Source: Escherichia coli (GTDB taxonomy: Bacteria > Pseudomonadota > Gammaproteobacteria > Enterobacterales > Enterobacteriaceae). Taken from it: a DNA stretch of 64,000 nt. This document shows positions 51,253-61,757 of the stretch, piece by piece; position 1 is the stretch's first letter; each line of letters starts with the position of its first letter. Where the stretch lies: assembly GCF_024223415.1 (NCBI RefSeq), contig NZ_CP100500.1. The stretch is one strand, 5' to 3'. Made by a program: the position numbers and the translations under genes. The notes beneath the pieces were generated by a model, which searched no databases, was not told the origin of the DNA, and was given only the letters and a program-made list of their open reading frames with translations.

Positions 51253-51759
51253 ATGGCCTTTTTATTGAATAAAAGTGATATGGCCTCCTCCATCGGTATC
51301 TCTGTTCAGGCATTTGATAAATGGGGTGTTCCTCCTGTCGAGCGTCGGGGGAGGGAAGTTTTTTATGACGTTAAAACTGTACTGGAGATAGATCGCGAGC
51401 GGCGACAACACAATCATAGAACACCTGATGACGGGGGCGATCTGGAGGAAAGGCTGCTTCGGGCCAGAGCTGAACTGACAGAAGAACAGGCCGTAGCTCA
51501 AAAACTTAAAAATCAGGTAACCGAAGGTAAGCTCATCGATTCAGACTTCTGCGTTTTCGCCCTCAGCAAGCTGGCGATGGCATTGTCCAGTACGCTTGAT
51601 TCTATTCCGTTATCCATGCAGCGACAGTTCCCGGATTTAACGCCACGTCATCTTGACCATCTGAAAACCCTTATTGCGAAGGGCGCAAATCAGTGTGCGC
51701 GGGCAGGGGATAAATTACCGGATTTGCTGGATGAATATATCAGAGCAACAACTGAATAA
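51253..51759 (+). CDS. nu1: terminase small subunit (Nu1-like, non-lambda specificity)
   Basis: ATG at 51253 after GGAGAGGAG. LNKSDMASSIGISVQAFDKWGVPP...VFYDVKTVLE parallels the Nu1 winged-HTH region. Overlaps the start of gene A as in lambda. Confidence 0.8.
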   Translation: MAFLLNKSDMASSIGISVQAFDKWGVPPVERRGREVFYDVKTVLEIDRERRQHNHRTPDDGGDLEERLLRARAELTEEQAVAQKLKNQVTEGKLIDSDFCVFALSKLAMALSSTLDSIPLSMQRQFPDLTPRHLDHLKTLIAKGANQCARAGDKLPDLLDEYIRATTE

Positions 51760-53659
51760 TCTGATGGCTGCCGTTTCGGTTGCGCTGCAGCCTCTGGTCA
51801 GGGTTGTACCGATGACGGCAGTTGAATGGGCTGATCAAAATTATTATCTGCCGAAAGAATCCTCATACGGTGACGGCGAATGGAAAACGCTGCCGTTCCA
51901 GATCGCCATCATGAACAGTATGGGGAATGATCAGGTCCGCACTGTTAATCTGATTAAATCTGCCCGTATTGGTTATACAAAGATGTTGCTGGGGGTGGTC
52001 GGGTATTTTATTGAGCATAAATCCCGAAACAGTCTGCTTTTTCAGCCCACGGATTCTGCCGCTGAAGATTTTATGAAGTCTCACGTGGAGACGACGATTA
52101 GGGACGTGCCATGCCTGAAAGACCTTTCCCCATGGCTGGGTCGTAAACATCGTGATAATACCCTCACGCTGAAACGCTTTTCATCGGGCGTCGGTTTCTG
52201 GTGCCTGGGCGGCGCTGCCGCCAAAAACTACCGTGAAAAATCCGTGGACGTGGTCTGCTATGACGAACTCTCATCGTTTGAACCTGATGTTGAAAAAGAG
52301 GGCTCGCCAACCCTGCTGGGGGATAAGCGTATTGAGGGCTCTGTATGGCCAAAATCCATTCGCGGCTCGACGCCTAAAATCAAAGGCTCCTGCCAGATCG
52401 AAAAAGCCGCTAACGAGTCGGCACATTTCATGCGTTTTTATGTGCCCTGTCCGCACTGTGGGGAGGAGCAGTATCTGAAATTTGGTGATGATGCCTCGGC
52501 TTTCGGTCTTAAGTGGGAGAAGAATAAGCCAGAAAGTGTTTTCTACCTTTGTGAGCATCATGGCTGTGTGATCCATCAGTCTGAGCTTGACCAGAGTAAC
52601 GGGCGGTGGATCTGTGAAAACACGGGGATGTGGACCCGTGACGGTCTGACGTTTTTCAGCGCCCGGGGTGATGAAATTCCGCCGCCGCGCTCCATCACTT
52701 TCCATATCTGGACGGCGTACAGTCCGTTCACCACCTGGGTACAGATAGTCTATGACTGGCTGGATGCACTGAAAGATCCCAACGGCCTGAAAACCTTTGT
52801 GAACACCACGCTGGGCGAGACCTGGGAAGAGGCCGTGGGCGAAAAACTCGATCACCAGGTACTGATGGATAAGGTTGTGCGTTACACGGCGGCGGTGCCT
52901 GCCCGGGTGGTTTATCTGACGGCGGGCATTGACTCGCAGCGAAACCGTTTTGAGATGTATGTCTGGGGATGGGCTCCGGGAGAGGAAGCCTTTCTGGTGG
53001 ATAAAATCATCATTATGGGACGTCCCGATGAGGAAGAGACGCTGTTACGTGTGGATGCGGCGATCAACAAAAAATACTGCCATGCAGACGGAACCGAAAT
53101 GACCATTTCCCGTGTCTGCTGGGACATCGGGGGGATCGATGGCGAAATCGTTTATCAGAGGTCAAAAAAACACGGTGTTTTCCGGGTGCTGCCGGTAAAA
53201 GGCGCATCTGTCTATGGCAAGCCGGTGATCACCATGCCAAAAACCCGCAATCAGCGGGGCGTGTATCTGTGTGAAGTGGGGACGGACACCGCAAAAGAAA
53301 TTCTCTATGCCCGTATGAAAGCCGCTCCCACGCCTGCGGATGAATCCACGTCGTATGCCATCCGTTTTCCTGATGATCCGGAGATTTTTTCGCAGACAGA
53401 GGCGCAGCAACTGGTCGCGGAAGAGCTTGTGGAGAAGTGGGAAAAAGGAAAGATGCGTCTGCTGTGGGATAACAAAAAGCGGCGTAACGAAGCGCTGGAC
53501 TGCCTGGTGTATGCCTACGCGGCATTACGTGTGTCCGTGCAACGCTGGCAGCTTGATCTGGCTGTACTGGCAAAATCCCGGGAAGAAGAGACGACCCGGC
53601 CAACCCTTAAAGAACTGGCAGCGAAGCTGTCCGGAGGAGTGAATGGTTACAGTCGCTGA
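51731..53659 (+). CDS. A: terminase large subunit gpA
   Basis: MNISEQQLNNL... The sequence is colinear with recalled lambda gpA (KSARIGYTKMLLG, YDELSSF, CPHCGEEQYLKFGD). Confidence 0.95.
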   Translation: MNISEQQLNNLMAAVSVALQPLVRVVPMTAVEWADQNYYLPKESSYGDGEWKTLPFQIAIMNSMGNDQVRTVNLIKSARIGYTKMLLGVVGYFIEHKSRNSLLFQPTDSAAEDFMKSHVETTIRDVPCLKDLSPWLGRKHRDNTLTLKRFSSGVGFWCLGGAAAKNYREKSVDVVCYDELSSFEPDVEKEGSPTLLGDKRIEGSVWPKSIRGSTPKIKGSCQIEKAANESAHFMRFYVPCPHCGEEQYLKFGDDASAFGLKWEKNKPESVFYLCEHHGCVIHQSELDQSNGRWICENTGMWTRDGLTFFSARGDEIPPPRSITFHIWTAYSPFTTWVQIVYDWLDALKDPNGLKTFVNTTLGETWEEAVGEKLDHQVLMDKVVRYTAAVPARVVYLTAGIDSQRNRFEMYVWGWAPGEEAFLVDKIIIMGRPDEEETLLRVDAAINKKYCHADGTEMTISRVCWDIGGIDGEIVYQRSKKHGVFRVLPVKGASVYGKPVITMPKTRNQRGVYLCEVGTDTAKEILYARMKAAPTPADESTSYAIRFPDDPEIFSQTEAQQLVAEELVEKWEKGKMRLLWDNKKRRNEALDCLVYAYAALRVSVQRWQLDLAVLAKSREEETTRPTLKELAAKLSGGVNGYSR

Positions 53660-53849
53660 ACTGCAGGCGCTGCGTCAGGCGCGCCTTGATTTATTAACCG
53701 GTAAACGGGTGGTGTCTGTCCAGAAAGATGGTCGCAGAATTGAATATACGGCGGCTTCTCTGGATGAGCTTAACCGGGCGATCAATGATGCGGAGTCGGT
53801 ACTGGGGACAACCCGACGTCGCCGTCGTCCGCTGGGAGTGAGGTTATGA
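53643..53849 (+). CDS. W: head-tail joining protein gpW
   Basis: 68 aa. LLTGKRVVSVQKDGRRIEYTAAS matches the lambda W core. Confidence 0.9.
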   Translation: MVTVAELQALRQARLDLLTGKRVVSVQKDGRRIEYTAASLDELNRAINDAESVLGTTRRRRRPLGVRL

Positions 53850-55438
53850 AAAGAACGCCTGTCCTGATTGATGTGAACGGCGTTCCGCTTCGTGAGAGTC
53901 TCAGCTACAACGGGGGCGGCGCAGGATTTGGCGGGCAAATGGCGGAGTGGTTGCCACCGGCGCAGAGTGTCGATGCGGCCCTGCTGCCCGCGTTGCGTCT
54001 GGGGAATGCCCGGGCAGATGATCTGGTGCGCAATAACGGAATAGCGGCTAATGCGGTGGCCCTGCATAAGGATCACATAGTCGGGCATATGTTTCTGATC
54101 AGCTACCGTCCGAACTGGCGCTGGCTGGGGATGCGGGAGACCGCAGCAAAAAGCTTTGTCGATGAGGTGGAGGCGGCCTGGTCGGAATACGCCGAAGGGA
54201 TGTCTGGCGAGATCGACGTGGAAGGAAAACGCACGTTCACGGAATTTATCCGTGAAGGTGTGGGCGTTCATGCGTTTAACGGCGAAATCTTTGTGCAGCC
54301 GGTCTGGGATACGGAAACCACGCAGTTATTCCGTACGCGTTTTAAAGCCGTGAGTCCGAAACGGGTGGACACGCCTGGACACGGTATGGGGAACCGCTTT
54401 CTGCGGGCCGGGGTGGAGGTCGATCGGCATGGACGGGCCGTTGCGTACCATATCTGTGAGGATGATTTTCCGCTCTCTGGTAGTGGACGATGGGAACGGA
54501 TCCCGCGTGAACTTCCCACCGGGCGTCCGGCCATGCTGCATATTTTCGAGCCGGTTGAGGACGGGCAGACCCGTGGGGCTAATCAGTTTTACAGCGTCAT
54601 GGAACGGCTGAAAATGCTCGATTCCCTGCAGGCAACACAGCTTCAGTCAGCCATAGTGAAGGCGATGTATGCAGCGACGATTGAAAGTGAACTTGATACC
54701 GAAAAGGCCTTTGAATATATCGCCGGTGCGCCGGAGGGGCAGAAGGATAATCCGCTTATTAATATTCTGGAGAAGTTCTCCAGCTGGTATGACACGAATA
54801 ACGTGACACTGGGCGGTGTCAAAATTCCGCACCTTTTCCCCGGTGATGATCTGAAACTACAGACTGCGCAGGATTCAGACAATGGATTTTCTGCGCTTGA
54901 ACAGGCGCTGCTGCGGTATATCGCCGCCGGTCTTGGCGTTTCCTACGAACAGTTGTCCCGTGATTACTCGAAGGTCAGTTATTCAAGTGCCCGCGCCTCC
55001 GCCAATGAGTCGTGGCGCTATTTTATGGGGCGGCGAAAATTTATTGCGGCCCGGCTGGCCACGCAGATGTTTTCCTGCTGGCTGGAAGAGGCTCTTCTGC
55101 GGGGGATTATTCGTCCGCCACGGGCGCGTTTTGATTTTTATCAGGCGCGTTCATCCTGGTCACGGGCAGAGTGGATTGGAGCCGGAAGAATGGCCATTGA
55201 CGGGCTCAAGGAGGTCCAGGAATCGGTGATGCGCATTGAGGCCGGACTGAGCACGTATGAGAAAGAGCTGGCGCTGATGGGTGAGGATTATCAGGACATT
55301 TTCCGCCAGCAGGTCAGGGAATCTGCAGAGCGGGAAAAAGCCGGACTCTCACGTCCGGTGTGGATAGCGCAGGCGTATCAGCAGCAGATAGCGGCGAGTC
55401 GCAGGCCGGAAGAGGAGACAACACCACGTGAGACGTAA
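53846..55438 (+). CDS. B: portal protein gpB
   Basis: 530 aa at the lambda B position, with a similar GGGAGFGGQ motif. Confidence 0.93.
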   Translation: MKRTPVLIDVNGVPLRESLSYNGGGAGFGGQMAEWLPPAQSVDAALLPALRLGNARADDLVRNNGIAANAVALHKDHIVGHMFLISYRPNWRWLGMRETAAKSFVDEVEAAWSEYAEGMSGEIDVEGKRTFTEFIREGVGVHAFNGEIFVQPVWDTETTQLFRTRFKAVSPKRVDTPGHGMGNRFLRAGVEVDRHGRAVAYHICEDDFPLSGSGRWERIPRELPTGRPAMLHIFEPVEDGQTRGANQFYSVMERLKMLDSLQATQLQSAIVKAMYAATIESELDTEKAFEYIAGAPEGQKDNPLINILEKFSSWYDTNNVTLGGVKIPHLFPGDDLKLQTAQDSDNGFSALEQALLRYIAAGLGVSYEQLSRDYSKVSYSSARASANESWRYFMGRRKFIAARLATQMFSCWLEEALLRGIIRPPRARFDFYQARSSWSRAEWIGAGRMAIDGLKEVQESVMRIEAGLSTYEKELALMGEDYQDIFRQQVRESAEREKAGLSRPVWIAQAYQQQIAASRRPEEETTPRET

Positions 55439-56933
55439 TCTTTCACACATTATTGCCGCAGCATTCAATGAACCGCTGCTTCTGGAGCCCGCCTATGCGC
55501 GGGTTTTCTTTTGCGCGCTCGGGCGCGAGATGGGGGCAGCAAGTCTTTCGGTACCACAACAGCAGGTACAGCTTGATGCTCCCGGAATGCTGGCTGAAAC
55601 GGACGAGTACATGGCCGGAGGTAAACGACCGGCCCGTGTTTACCGGGTGGTGAACGGTATTGCTGTACTGCCGGTGACCGGCATGCTGGTGCACCGGCTG
55701 GGTGGTATGCGGCCATTTTCCGGAATGACAGGCTATGACGGCATTGTCGCCTGTCTTCAGCAGGCAATGGCGGACACCGCTGTCCGGGGCGTACTGCTGG
55801 ACATTGACAGTCCGGGCGGGCAGGTCGCAGGCGCGTTTGACTGCGCTGACATGATTTACCGCCTCCGTCAGCAGAAGCCGGTCTGGGCACTGTGCAATGA
55901 CACGGCCTGTTCTGCAGCCATGCTGCTGGCGTCGGCCTGCTCCCGACGGCTGGTTACCCAGACATCCCGTATCGGCTCCATTGGCGTGATGATGAGCCAT
56001 CTCAGCTATGCCGGTCATCTGGCGCAGGCCGGTGTGGATATCACGCTGATTTATGCCGGGGCGCACAAGGTGGATGGCAATCAGTTTGAAGCCTTACCGG
56101 AAGAGGTGCGTCAGGACATGCAGCAGCGCATTGATGCGGCACACCGGATGTTTGCCGAAAAAGTGGCGATGTATACCGGGCTGTCTGTGGATGTGGTCAC
56201 GGGAACAGAGGCCGCCGTTTTTGAAGGTCAGTCCGGCATTGAGGCCGGGCTGGCGGATGAATTAGTCAATGCGTCGGATGCCATCAGTGTGATGACCACG
56301 GCGCTGTACACACATGATACAGGAGGCACTATGCCGCAATTAACTGCAACGGAAGCCGCCGCGCAGGAGAACCAGCGAGTGATGGGGATCCTGACGAGTA
56401 AGGAAGCGAAAGGACGTGAACAGCTTGCCACGATGCTGGCGGGACAACAGGGCATGAGCGTTGAACAGGCCCGGGAGATCCTGGCCGCGGCGGCACCACA
56501 GCAGCCGGTGGCATCCGCGCAGAGTGAAGCCGATCGCATTATGGCGTGTGAAGAGGCGAAAGGTCGTGAACAACTGGCGGCAACGCTGGCGGCGATGCCG
56601 GAGATGACGGTGGAAAAAGCCCGCCCGATCCTGGCAGCTTCACCGCAGGCGGATGCCGGACCATCACTCCGTGATCAGATCATGGCCCTGGATGAGGCAA
56701 AAGGGGCTGAGGCGCAGGCTGAACAGCTGGCTGCCTGCCCGGGAATGACCGTGGAGAACGCCCGGGCTGTGCTGGCTGCGGGATCAGGTAAGGCAGAACC
56801 GGTCTCTGCATCCACAACCGCCATGTTTGAACATTTCATGGCGAACCATTCACCGGCAGCGGTACAGGGTGGCGTGCCACAGACGTCAGCAGACGGTGAT
56901 GCGGACGTGAAAATGCTCATGGCCATGCCATGA
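55428..56933 (+). CDS. C: head maturation protease gpC (S49/ClpP-like) with nested Nu3 scaffold region
   Basis: IAAAFNEPLLLEPAYARVFFCAL... and GSIGVMMSH match lambda gpC. The C-terminal region carries three tandem repeat units. Confidence 0.92.
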   Translation: MRRNLSHIIAAAFNEPLLLEPAYARVFFCALGREMGAASLSVPQQQVQLDAPGMLAETDEYMAGGKRPARVYRVVNGIAVLPVTGMLVHRLGGMRPFSGMTGYDGIVACLQQAMADTAVRGVLLDIDSPGGQVAGAFDCADMIYRLRQQKPVWALCNDTACSAAMLLASACSRRLVTQTSRIGSIGVMMSHLSYAGHLAQAGVDITLIYAGAHKVDGNQFEALPEEVRQDMQQRIDAAHRMFAEKVAMYTGLSVDVVTGTEAAVFEGQSGIEAGLADELVNASDAISVMTTALYTHDTGGTMPQLTATEAAAQENQRVMGILTSKEAKGREQLATMLAGQQGMSVEQAREILAAAAPQQPVASAQSEADRIMACEEAKGREQLAATLAAMPEMTVEKARPILAASPQADAGPSLRDQIMALDEAKGAEAQAEQLAACPGMTVENARAVLAAGSGKAEPVSASTTAMFEHFMANHSPAAVQGGVPQTSADGDADVKMLMAMP

Positions 56934-56969
56934 AGCCAGTGCTGACCATCAATAGGAGGTTTTTACAAT

Positions 56970-57317
56970 ATGGTAACGAAAACCATCACTGAACAGCGTG
57001 CGGAAGTACGTATTTTTGCCGGTAATGATCCGGCTCATACCGCCACAGGCAGCAGCGGGATTTCCTCGCCAACACCGGCACTGACGCCCCTGATGCTGGA
57101 TGAAGCCACCGGGAAACTGGTGGTCTGGGACGGACAGAAAGCCGGTAGTGCGGTTGGCATACTGGTACTGCCGCTTGAAGGCACAGAGACGGTGCTGACG
57201 TATTACAAGTCGGGAACCTTTGCGACGGAGGCAATCCGCTGGCCTGACAGTGTGGATGAACACAAAAAGGCCAACGCCTTTGCCGGTAGTGCCCTGAGTC
57301 ACGCGGCGCTGCCGTAA
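56970..57317 (+). CDS. D: head decoration protein gpD
   Basis: DPAHTATG...TPLMLD...KLVVWDG...YKSGTF...AFAG matches lambda D. Confidence 0.93.
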   Translation: MVTKTITEQRAEVRIFAGNDPAHTATGSSGISSPTPALTPLMLDEATGKLVVWDGQKAGSAVGILVLPLEGTETVLTYYKSGTFATEAIRWPDSVDEHKKANAFAGSALSHAALP

Positions 57318-57374
57318 CACGTTATCAGGCCACCGCGGTGGCCTGACTGATTTCTGAATGAAAGGAACTGATTT

Positions 57375-58403
57375 ATGGGATTGTTTACGACCCGCCAGTT
57401 ACTCGGTTATACCGAACAAAAAGTGAAATTTCGTGCGCTGTTTCTGGAGCTGTTTTTCCGTCGTACGGTGAATTTCCATACCGAAGAGGTGATGCTGGAC
57501 AAAATTACCGGAAAAACGCCGGTGGCGGCCTATGTCTCCCCGGTTGTTGAAGGAAAAGTGCTGCGTCATCGTGGTGGTGAAACCCGCGTGTTGCGTCCGG
57601 GCTACGTCAAGCCGAAACACGAATTTAATTCCCGGCAGGCGGTTGAGCGCCTTCCTGGTGAAGATCCGGCTCAACTGAACGATCCGGCTTACCGCCGTCT
57701 GCGTATCATTACCGATAACCTCAAACAGGAAGAGCACGCGATTGTCCAGGTGGAAGAAATGCAGGCGGTAAATGCCGTGCTGTATGGCAAATACACCATG
57801 GAAGGAGACCAGTTCGAGAAAATTGAGGTCGATTTTGGCAGGTCGACGAAGAATAACATTACGCAGGCCAGTGGTAAAAAATGGTCTGAGCACGATCGTG
57901 ACACGTTCGATCCTGCGCATGATATTGACCTCTACTGCGACCAGGCCAGCGGCCTTGTGAATATTGCCATTATGGACGGTACCGTCTGGCGTCTGCTGAA
58001 TGGTTTTAAGCTGTTCCGCGAAAAACTGGATACCCGTCGCGGTTCAAATTCGCAACTCGAAACGGCAGTGAAAGACCTGGGGGCGGTGGTGTCTTTCAAA
58101 GGGTATTACGGTGATCTGGCCATTGTGGTGGCGAAAACGTCTTATGTGGCAGAGGACGGTACCGAAAAACGTTATCTGCCAGACGGCACGCTGGTCCTGG
58201 GGAATACTGCTGCAGATGGGATCCGTTGTTACGGTGCCATTCAGGATGCACAGGCGTTGTCTGAAGGAGTGGTGGCCTCTTCCCGTTATCCGAAACACTG
58301 GCTGACGGTGGGGGATCCCGCCCGTGAATTTACCATGACGCAGTCCGCGCCGCTGATGGTGTTGCCGGACCCGGATGAGTTTGTGGTGGTACAGGTGAAA
58401 TAA
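57375..58403 (+). CDS. E: major capsid protein gpE
   Basis: 342 aa colinear with recalled lambda E (PGYVKPKHE, VEEMQAVNAVLYGKYTM, TGDPAREFTM). Confidence 0.95.
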   Translation: MGLFTTRQLLGYTEQKVKFRALFLELFFRRTVNFHTEEVMLDKITGKTPVAAYVSPVVEGKVLRHRGGETRVLRPGYVKPKHEFNSRQAVERLPGEDPAQLNDPAYRRLRIITDNLKQEEHAIVQVEEMQAVNAVLYGKYTMEGDQFEKIEVDFGRSTKNNITQASGKKWSEHDRDTFDPAHDIDLYCDQASGLVNIAIMDGTVWRLLNGFKLFREKLDTRRGSNSQLETAVKDLGAVVSFKGYYGDLAIVVAKTSYVAEDGTEKRYLPDGTLVLGNTAADGIRCYGAIQDAQALSEGVVASSRYPKHWLTVGDPAREFTMTQSAPLMVLPDPDEFVVVQVK

Positions 58404-58454
58404 TCCGTGAGCGGGGGCGAAATGCCCCCGTGTCTTTTTTCACAGGGGGCTGAT

Positions 58455-58817
58455 ATGGCAACGAAAGAGCAAAATCTGAAACGGCTTGATGAACTGGCCC
58501 TGATTCTGGGGCGTGAGCCGGATATATCCGGGAGTGCCGCAGAGATAGCGCAGCGGGTGGCGGAATGGGAAGAGGAAGCAGAGGACAAAAACCAGGAGAG
58601 TGATGAGAACGAAAGGCATTTGATGACGTATAGCCACTCCACTGGCGGGGATGAAATGAGCACTGTTCGTGTACTCAAAACCCTGCATGTGGCGGGAAAA
58701 CATCCGCATGATGACAGTGATATGGAGATTGTTGTTACAGGTATGACTGTCAGAGTTGATCCAGTGAATGTTGCGGAACTTGTCCTGGAGGGGCTTGTTA
58801 CAGATGAAAGTTATTAA
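58455..58817 (+). CDS. FI: DNA packaging accessory protein gpFI
   Basis: ATG at 58455. Same position and acidic-linker architecture as lambda FI. Confidence 0.8.
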   Translation: MATKEQNLKRLDELALILGREPDISGSAAEIAQRVAEWEEEAEDKNQESDENERHLMTYSHSTGGDEMSTVRVLKTLHVAGKHPHDDSDMEIVVTGMTVRVDPVNVAELVLEGLVTDESY

Positions 58818-59166
58818 TATCAGGGATAACGGTTTTGATACAGCCATTGCCCGGGCTGATGAAACGATACGCGGGCATATGGGAACGTCAGCCACCATTA
58901 CATCCGGTGAGCAGCCCGGCGCAGTAATACGTGGTGTTTTTGATGACCCTGAAAATATCAGCTATGCCGGACAGGGCGTGCGCGTTGAAGGCTCCAGCCC
59001 GTCCCTGTTTGTCCGGACTGATGATGTGCGGCAACTGCGGCGTGGAGACACGCTGACCATCGGTGAGGAAAACTTCTGGATAGACCGGGTTTCGCCGGAT
59101 GATGGCGGAAGCTGTCATCTCTGGCTTGGGCGGGGCGTACCGCCTGCCGTTAATCGTCGCCGCTGA
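58804..59166 (+). CDS. FII: head-tail connector gpFII
   Basis: ATG at 58804. AIARADETIRGHMGTSATITSGEQPGAVIRGVFDDPENISYAGQGVRVEG... is nearly identical to recalled lambda FII. Confidence 0.93.
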   Translation: MKVINIRDNGFDTAIARADETIRGHMGTSATITSGEQPGAVIRGVFDDPENISYAGQGVRVEGSSPSLFVRTDDVRQLRRGDTLTIGEENFWIDRVSPDDGGSCHLWLGRGVPPAVNRRR

Positions 59167-59177
59167 AAGGGGGATGT

Positions 59178-59753
59178 ATGGCCATACAGGGTCTTGAGCA
59201 GGCCGTTGAAAACCTCAGCCGTATCAGCAGAACGGCGGTGCCTGGTGCCGCCGCAATGGCCATTAACCGCGTGGCCACAACGGCGATTAATCAGTCTTCG
59301 TCTCAGGTCGCCCGTGAAACCCGGGTGCCGAGAAAACTTGTTAAAGAGCGATCCAGACTGAAACGGGCTACGGTCAGAAATCCGAACGCAAAAATTATCG
59401 TTAACCGCGGCGATCTTCCTGTGATTAAGCTGGGGATCAGGATGCTGGGACGTCGCCCGAACAGCATACTCAAAGCCGGTCAGCATCGTTATCAGCGGGC
59501 ATTCATCCAGCGACTGAATAATGGGCGCTGGCATGTTATGCAACGTCTGCCAGAAGCCAGGTATGCGAAGGGCAATGACGATAAGGGAAGGAAAAAGCGT
59601 AATCGTCTTCCCATTCAGGTGGTGAAAATTCCGATGTCGGCCCCACTGAAACAGGCTTTTGATGAGAACGTTAACCGTATCCGACGCGAACGTCTGCCAA
59701 AAGAACTGAGCTATGCGCTGAAACAACAACTGAGGATTGTGATAAAGCGATGA
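59178..59753 (+). CDS. Z: tail completion protein gpZ
   Basis: MAIQGLEQAVENLSRIS...[23 protein letters not shown] matches lambda Z. Confidence 0.93.
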   Translation: MAIQGLEQAVENLSRISRTAVPGAAAMAINRVATTAINQSSSQVARETRVPRKLVKERSRLKRATVRNPNAKIIVNRGDLPVIKLGIRMLGRRPNSILKAGQHRYQRAFIQRLNNGRWHVMQRLPEARYAKGNDDKGRKKRNRLPIQVVKIPMSAPLKQAFDENVNRIRRERLPKELSYALKQQLRIVIKR

Positions 59754-60145
59754 AAAATACTGATATCCGTACAGCCGTACTGGATGCACTGGAGAAGCAT
59801 GACACCGGGGCGACGTTTTTTGATGGTCGCCCCGCTGTTTTTGATGAGGCGGATTTTCCGGCAGTTGCCGTTTATCTCACCGGCGCTGAATACACGGGCG
59901 AAGAGCTGGACAGCGATACCTGGCAGGCGGAGCTGCATATTGAAGTTTTCCTGCCTGCTCAGGTGCCGGATTCAGAGCTGGATTCGTGGATGGAGTCCCG
60001 GATTTATCCGGTGATGAGCGATATCCCGGCACTGTCAGATTTGATCACCAGTATGGTGGCCAGTGGCTATGACTACCGGCGCGACGATGATGCGGGCCTG
60101 TGGAGTTCAGCCGATCTGACTTATGTCATTACCTATGAAATGTGA
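59750..60145 (+). CDS. U: tail terminator gpU
   Basis: [59 protein letters not shown] is nearly identical to lambda U. Confidence 0.95.
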   Translation: MKNTDIRTAVLDALEKHDTGATFFDGRPAVFDEADFPAVAVYLTGAEYTGEELDSDTWQAELHIEVFLPAQVPDSELDSWMESRIYPVMSDIPALSDLITSMVASGYDYRRDDDAGLWSSADLTYVITYEM

Positions 60146-60152
60146 GGACGAT

Positions 60153-60905
60153 ATGCCAACACCAAATCCTCTGGCACCGGTGAAAGGGGCCGGGACCACA
60201 CTGTGGGTTTATAAGGGGAACGGTGACCCTTATGCGAATCCGCTTTCAGACAATGACTGGTCGCGTCTGGCTAAAGTTAAAGACCTGACGCCCGGCGAAC
60301 TGACCGCTGAGTCCTATGACGACAGTTATCTCGATGATGAAGATGCGGACTGGGCCGCGACCGGACAGGGGCAGAAATCCGCCGGAGATACCAGCTTCAC
60401 GCTGGCGTGGATGCCCGGAGAGCAGGGGCAGCAGGCGCTGCTGGCGTGGTTTAATGAAGGTGATACCCGTGCCTATAAAATCCGCTTCCCGAACGGCACG
60501 GTCGATGTGTTCCGCGGCTGGGTCAGCAGCATCGGTAAGGCGGTGACAGCGAAGGAAGTGATCACCCGCACGGTGAAAGTCACTAACGTGGGTAAACCTT
60601 CTGTAGCGGAAGAACGCAGCAAAATTACGCCGGTCAGTGCGATTAAGGTGACGCCGACATCCGGTACGGTGGCAAAAGGGAAAACAACCACCCTGACGGT
60701 TTCTTTTGAGCCGGAAAGTGCAACCGACAAGACGTTCAGAGCGGTTTCCGCCGATCCGTCGAAAGCCACCATTAGTGTGAAAGATATGACAATTACGGTA
60801 AACGGCGTGGCGACAGGTAAGGTGCAGATCCCTGTGGTGAGCGGAAATGGTCAGTTCGCCGCAGTGGCTGAAGTCACCGTTACTGAAGCGGGCGCTGCAG
60901 GGTAA
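60153..60905 (+). CDS. V: major tail tube protein gpV with C-terminal Ig-like domain
   Basis: ATG at 60153. [22 protein letters not shown]... matches lambda V. The C-terminus is Big_2-like. Confidence 0.95.
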   Translation: MPTPNPLAPVKGAGTTLWVYKGNGDPYANPLSDNDWSRLAKVKDLTPGELTAESYDDSYLDDEDADWAATGQGQKSAGDTSFTLAWMPGEQGQQALLAWFNEGDTRAYKIRFPNGTVDVFRGWVSSIGKAVTAKEVITRTVKVTNVGKPSVAEERSKITPVSAIKVTPTSGTVAKGKTTTLTVSFEPESATDKTFRAVSADPSKATISVKDMTITVNGVATGKVQIPVVSGNGQFAAVAEVTVTEAGAAG

Positions 60906-60918
60906 ACGGAGGTAATAC

Positions 60919-61341
60919 ATGTTTCTGAAAACAGAACAATTTGAATATAACGGTGTGTCTGTCACGCTTTCCGAATTGTCTGCGCTGCAGCGTATCGAGC
61001 ATCTTGCCCTCCTGAAACGGCGTGCAGAACAGGCAGAATCCAGCGGCAACCTGCAGGTAAGCGTGGAAGATCTCGTCAGAACCGGCGCGTTTCTGGTGGC
61101 GATGTCCCTGTGGCATAACCATCCACAGAAAACGCAGATGCCGTCCATGAATGAAGCCGTTAAACAGATTGAGCAGGAAGTGCTTACCACCTGGCCCACG
61201 CAGGCAATTTCTCATGCTCAAAACGTGGTGTACCGGCTGTCCGGAATGTATGAGTTTGTGGTGAATAATGCCCCTGAACAGACAGAGGACGCCGGGCCCG
61301 CAGAGCCTGTTTCTGCGGGAAAGTGTTCGACGGTGAGCTGA
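60919..61341 (+). CDS. G: tail assembly chaperone gpG
   Basis: MFLKTEQFEYNGVSVTLSELSALQRIEHLALLKR... matches lambda G. Confidence 0.93.
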   Translation: MFLKTEQFEYNGVSVTLSELSALQRIEHLALLKRRAEQAESSGNLQVSVEDLVRTGAFLVAMSLWHNHPQKTQMPSMNEAVKQIEQEVLTTWPTQAISHAQNVVYRLSGMYEFVVNNAPEQTEDAGPAEPVSAGKCSTVS

Positions 61342-61757
61342 GTTTTGCCCTGAAACTGGCGCGCGAGATGGGGCGACCCGACTGGCGCGCCATGCTTGCC
61401 GGGATGTCATCCACGGAGTATGCCGACTGGCACCGCTTTTACAGTACCCATTATTTTCATGATGTTCTGCTGGATATGCACTTTTCCGGGCTGACGTACA
61501 CCGTGCTCAGCCTGTTTTTCAGCGATCCGGATATGCATCCGCTGGATTTCAGTCTGCTGAACCGGCGCGAGGCTGACGAAGAGCCTGAAGATGATGTGCT
61601 GATGCAGAAAGCGGCAGGGCTTGCCGGAGGCGTCCGCTTTGGCCCGGACGGGAATGAAGTTATCCCTGCATCCCCGGATGTGGCGGACATGACGGAGGAT
61701 GACGTAATGCTGATGACAGTATCAGAAGGGATCGCAGGAGGAGTCCGGTATGGCTGA
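60919..61757 (+). CDS. T: gpG-T frameshift fusion chaperone
   Basis: The T-frame ORF 61323..61757 lacks its own RBS and is reached by a -1 slip at 61317-61323. Confidence 0.85.
61317..61323 (+). other. G-T programmed -1 frameshift slippery heptamer GGGAAAG
   Basis: G GGA AAG lies near the end of G, and the -1 frame stays open to 61757 (T segment), as in lambda. Confidence 0.85.

Noticed and set aside
60246-61199. 317-aa ORF on the minus strand, and other long minus-strand ORFs in 55.4-63.9 kb (for example 55443..56066, 62663..63241, 63420..63938).
   Set aside because: All are antisense to lambda-like structural genes (C, V, G, H) in GC-rich DNA, with Arg/Pro/Ser-rich compositions typical of shadow frames.
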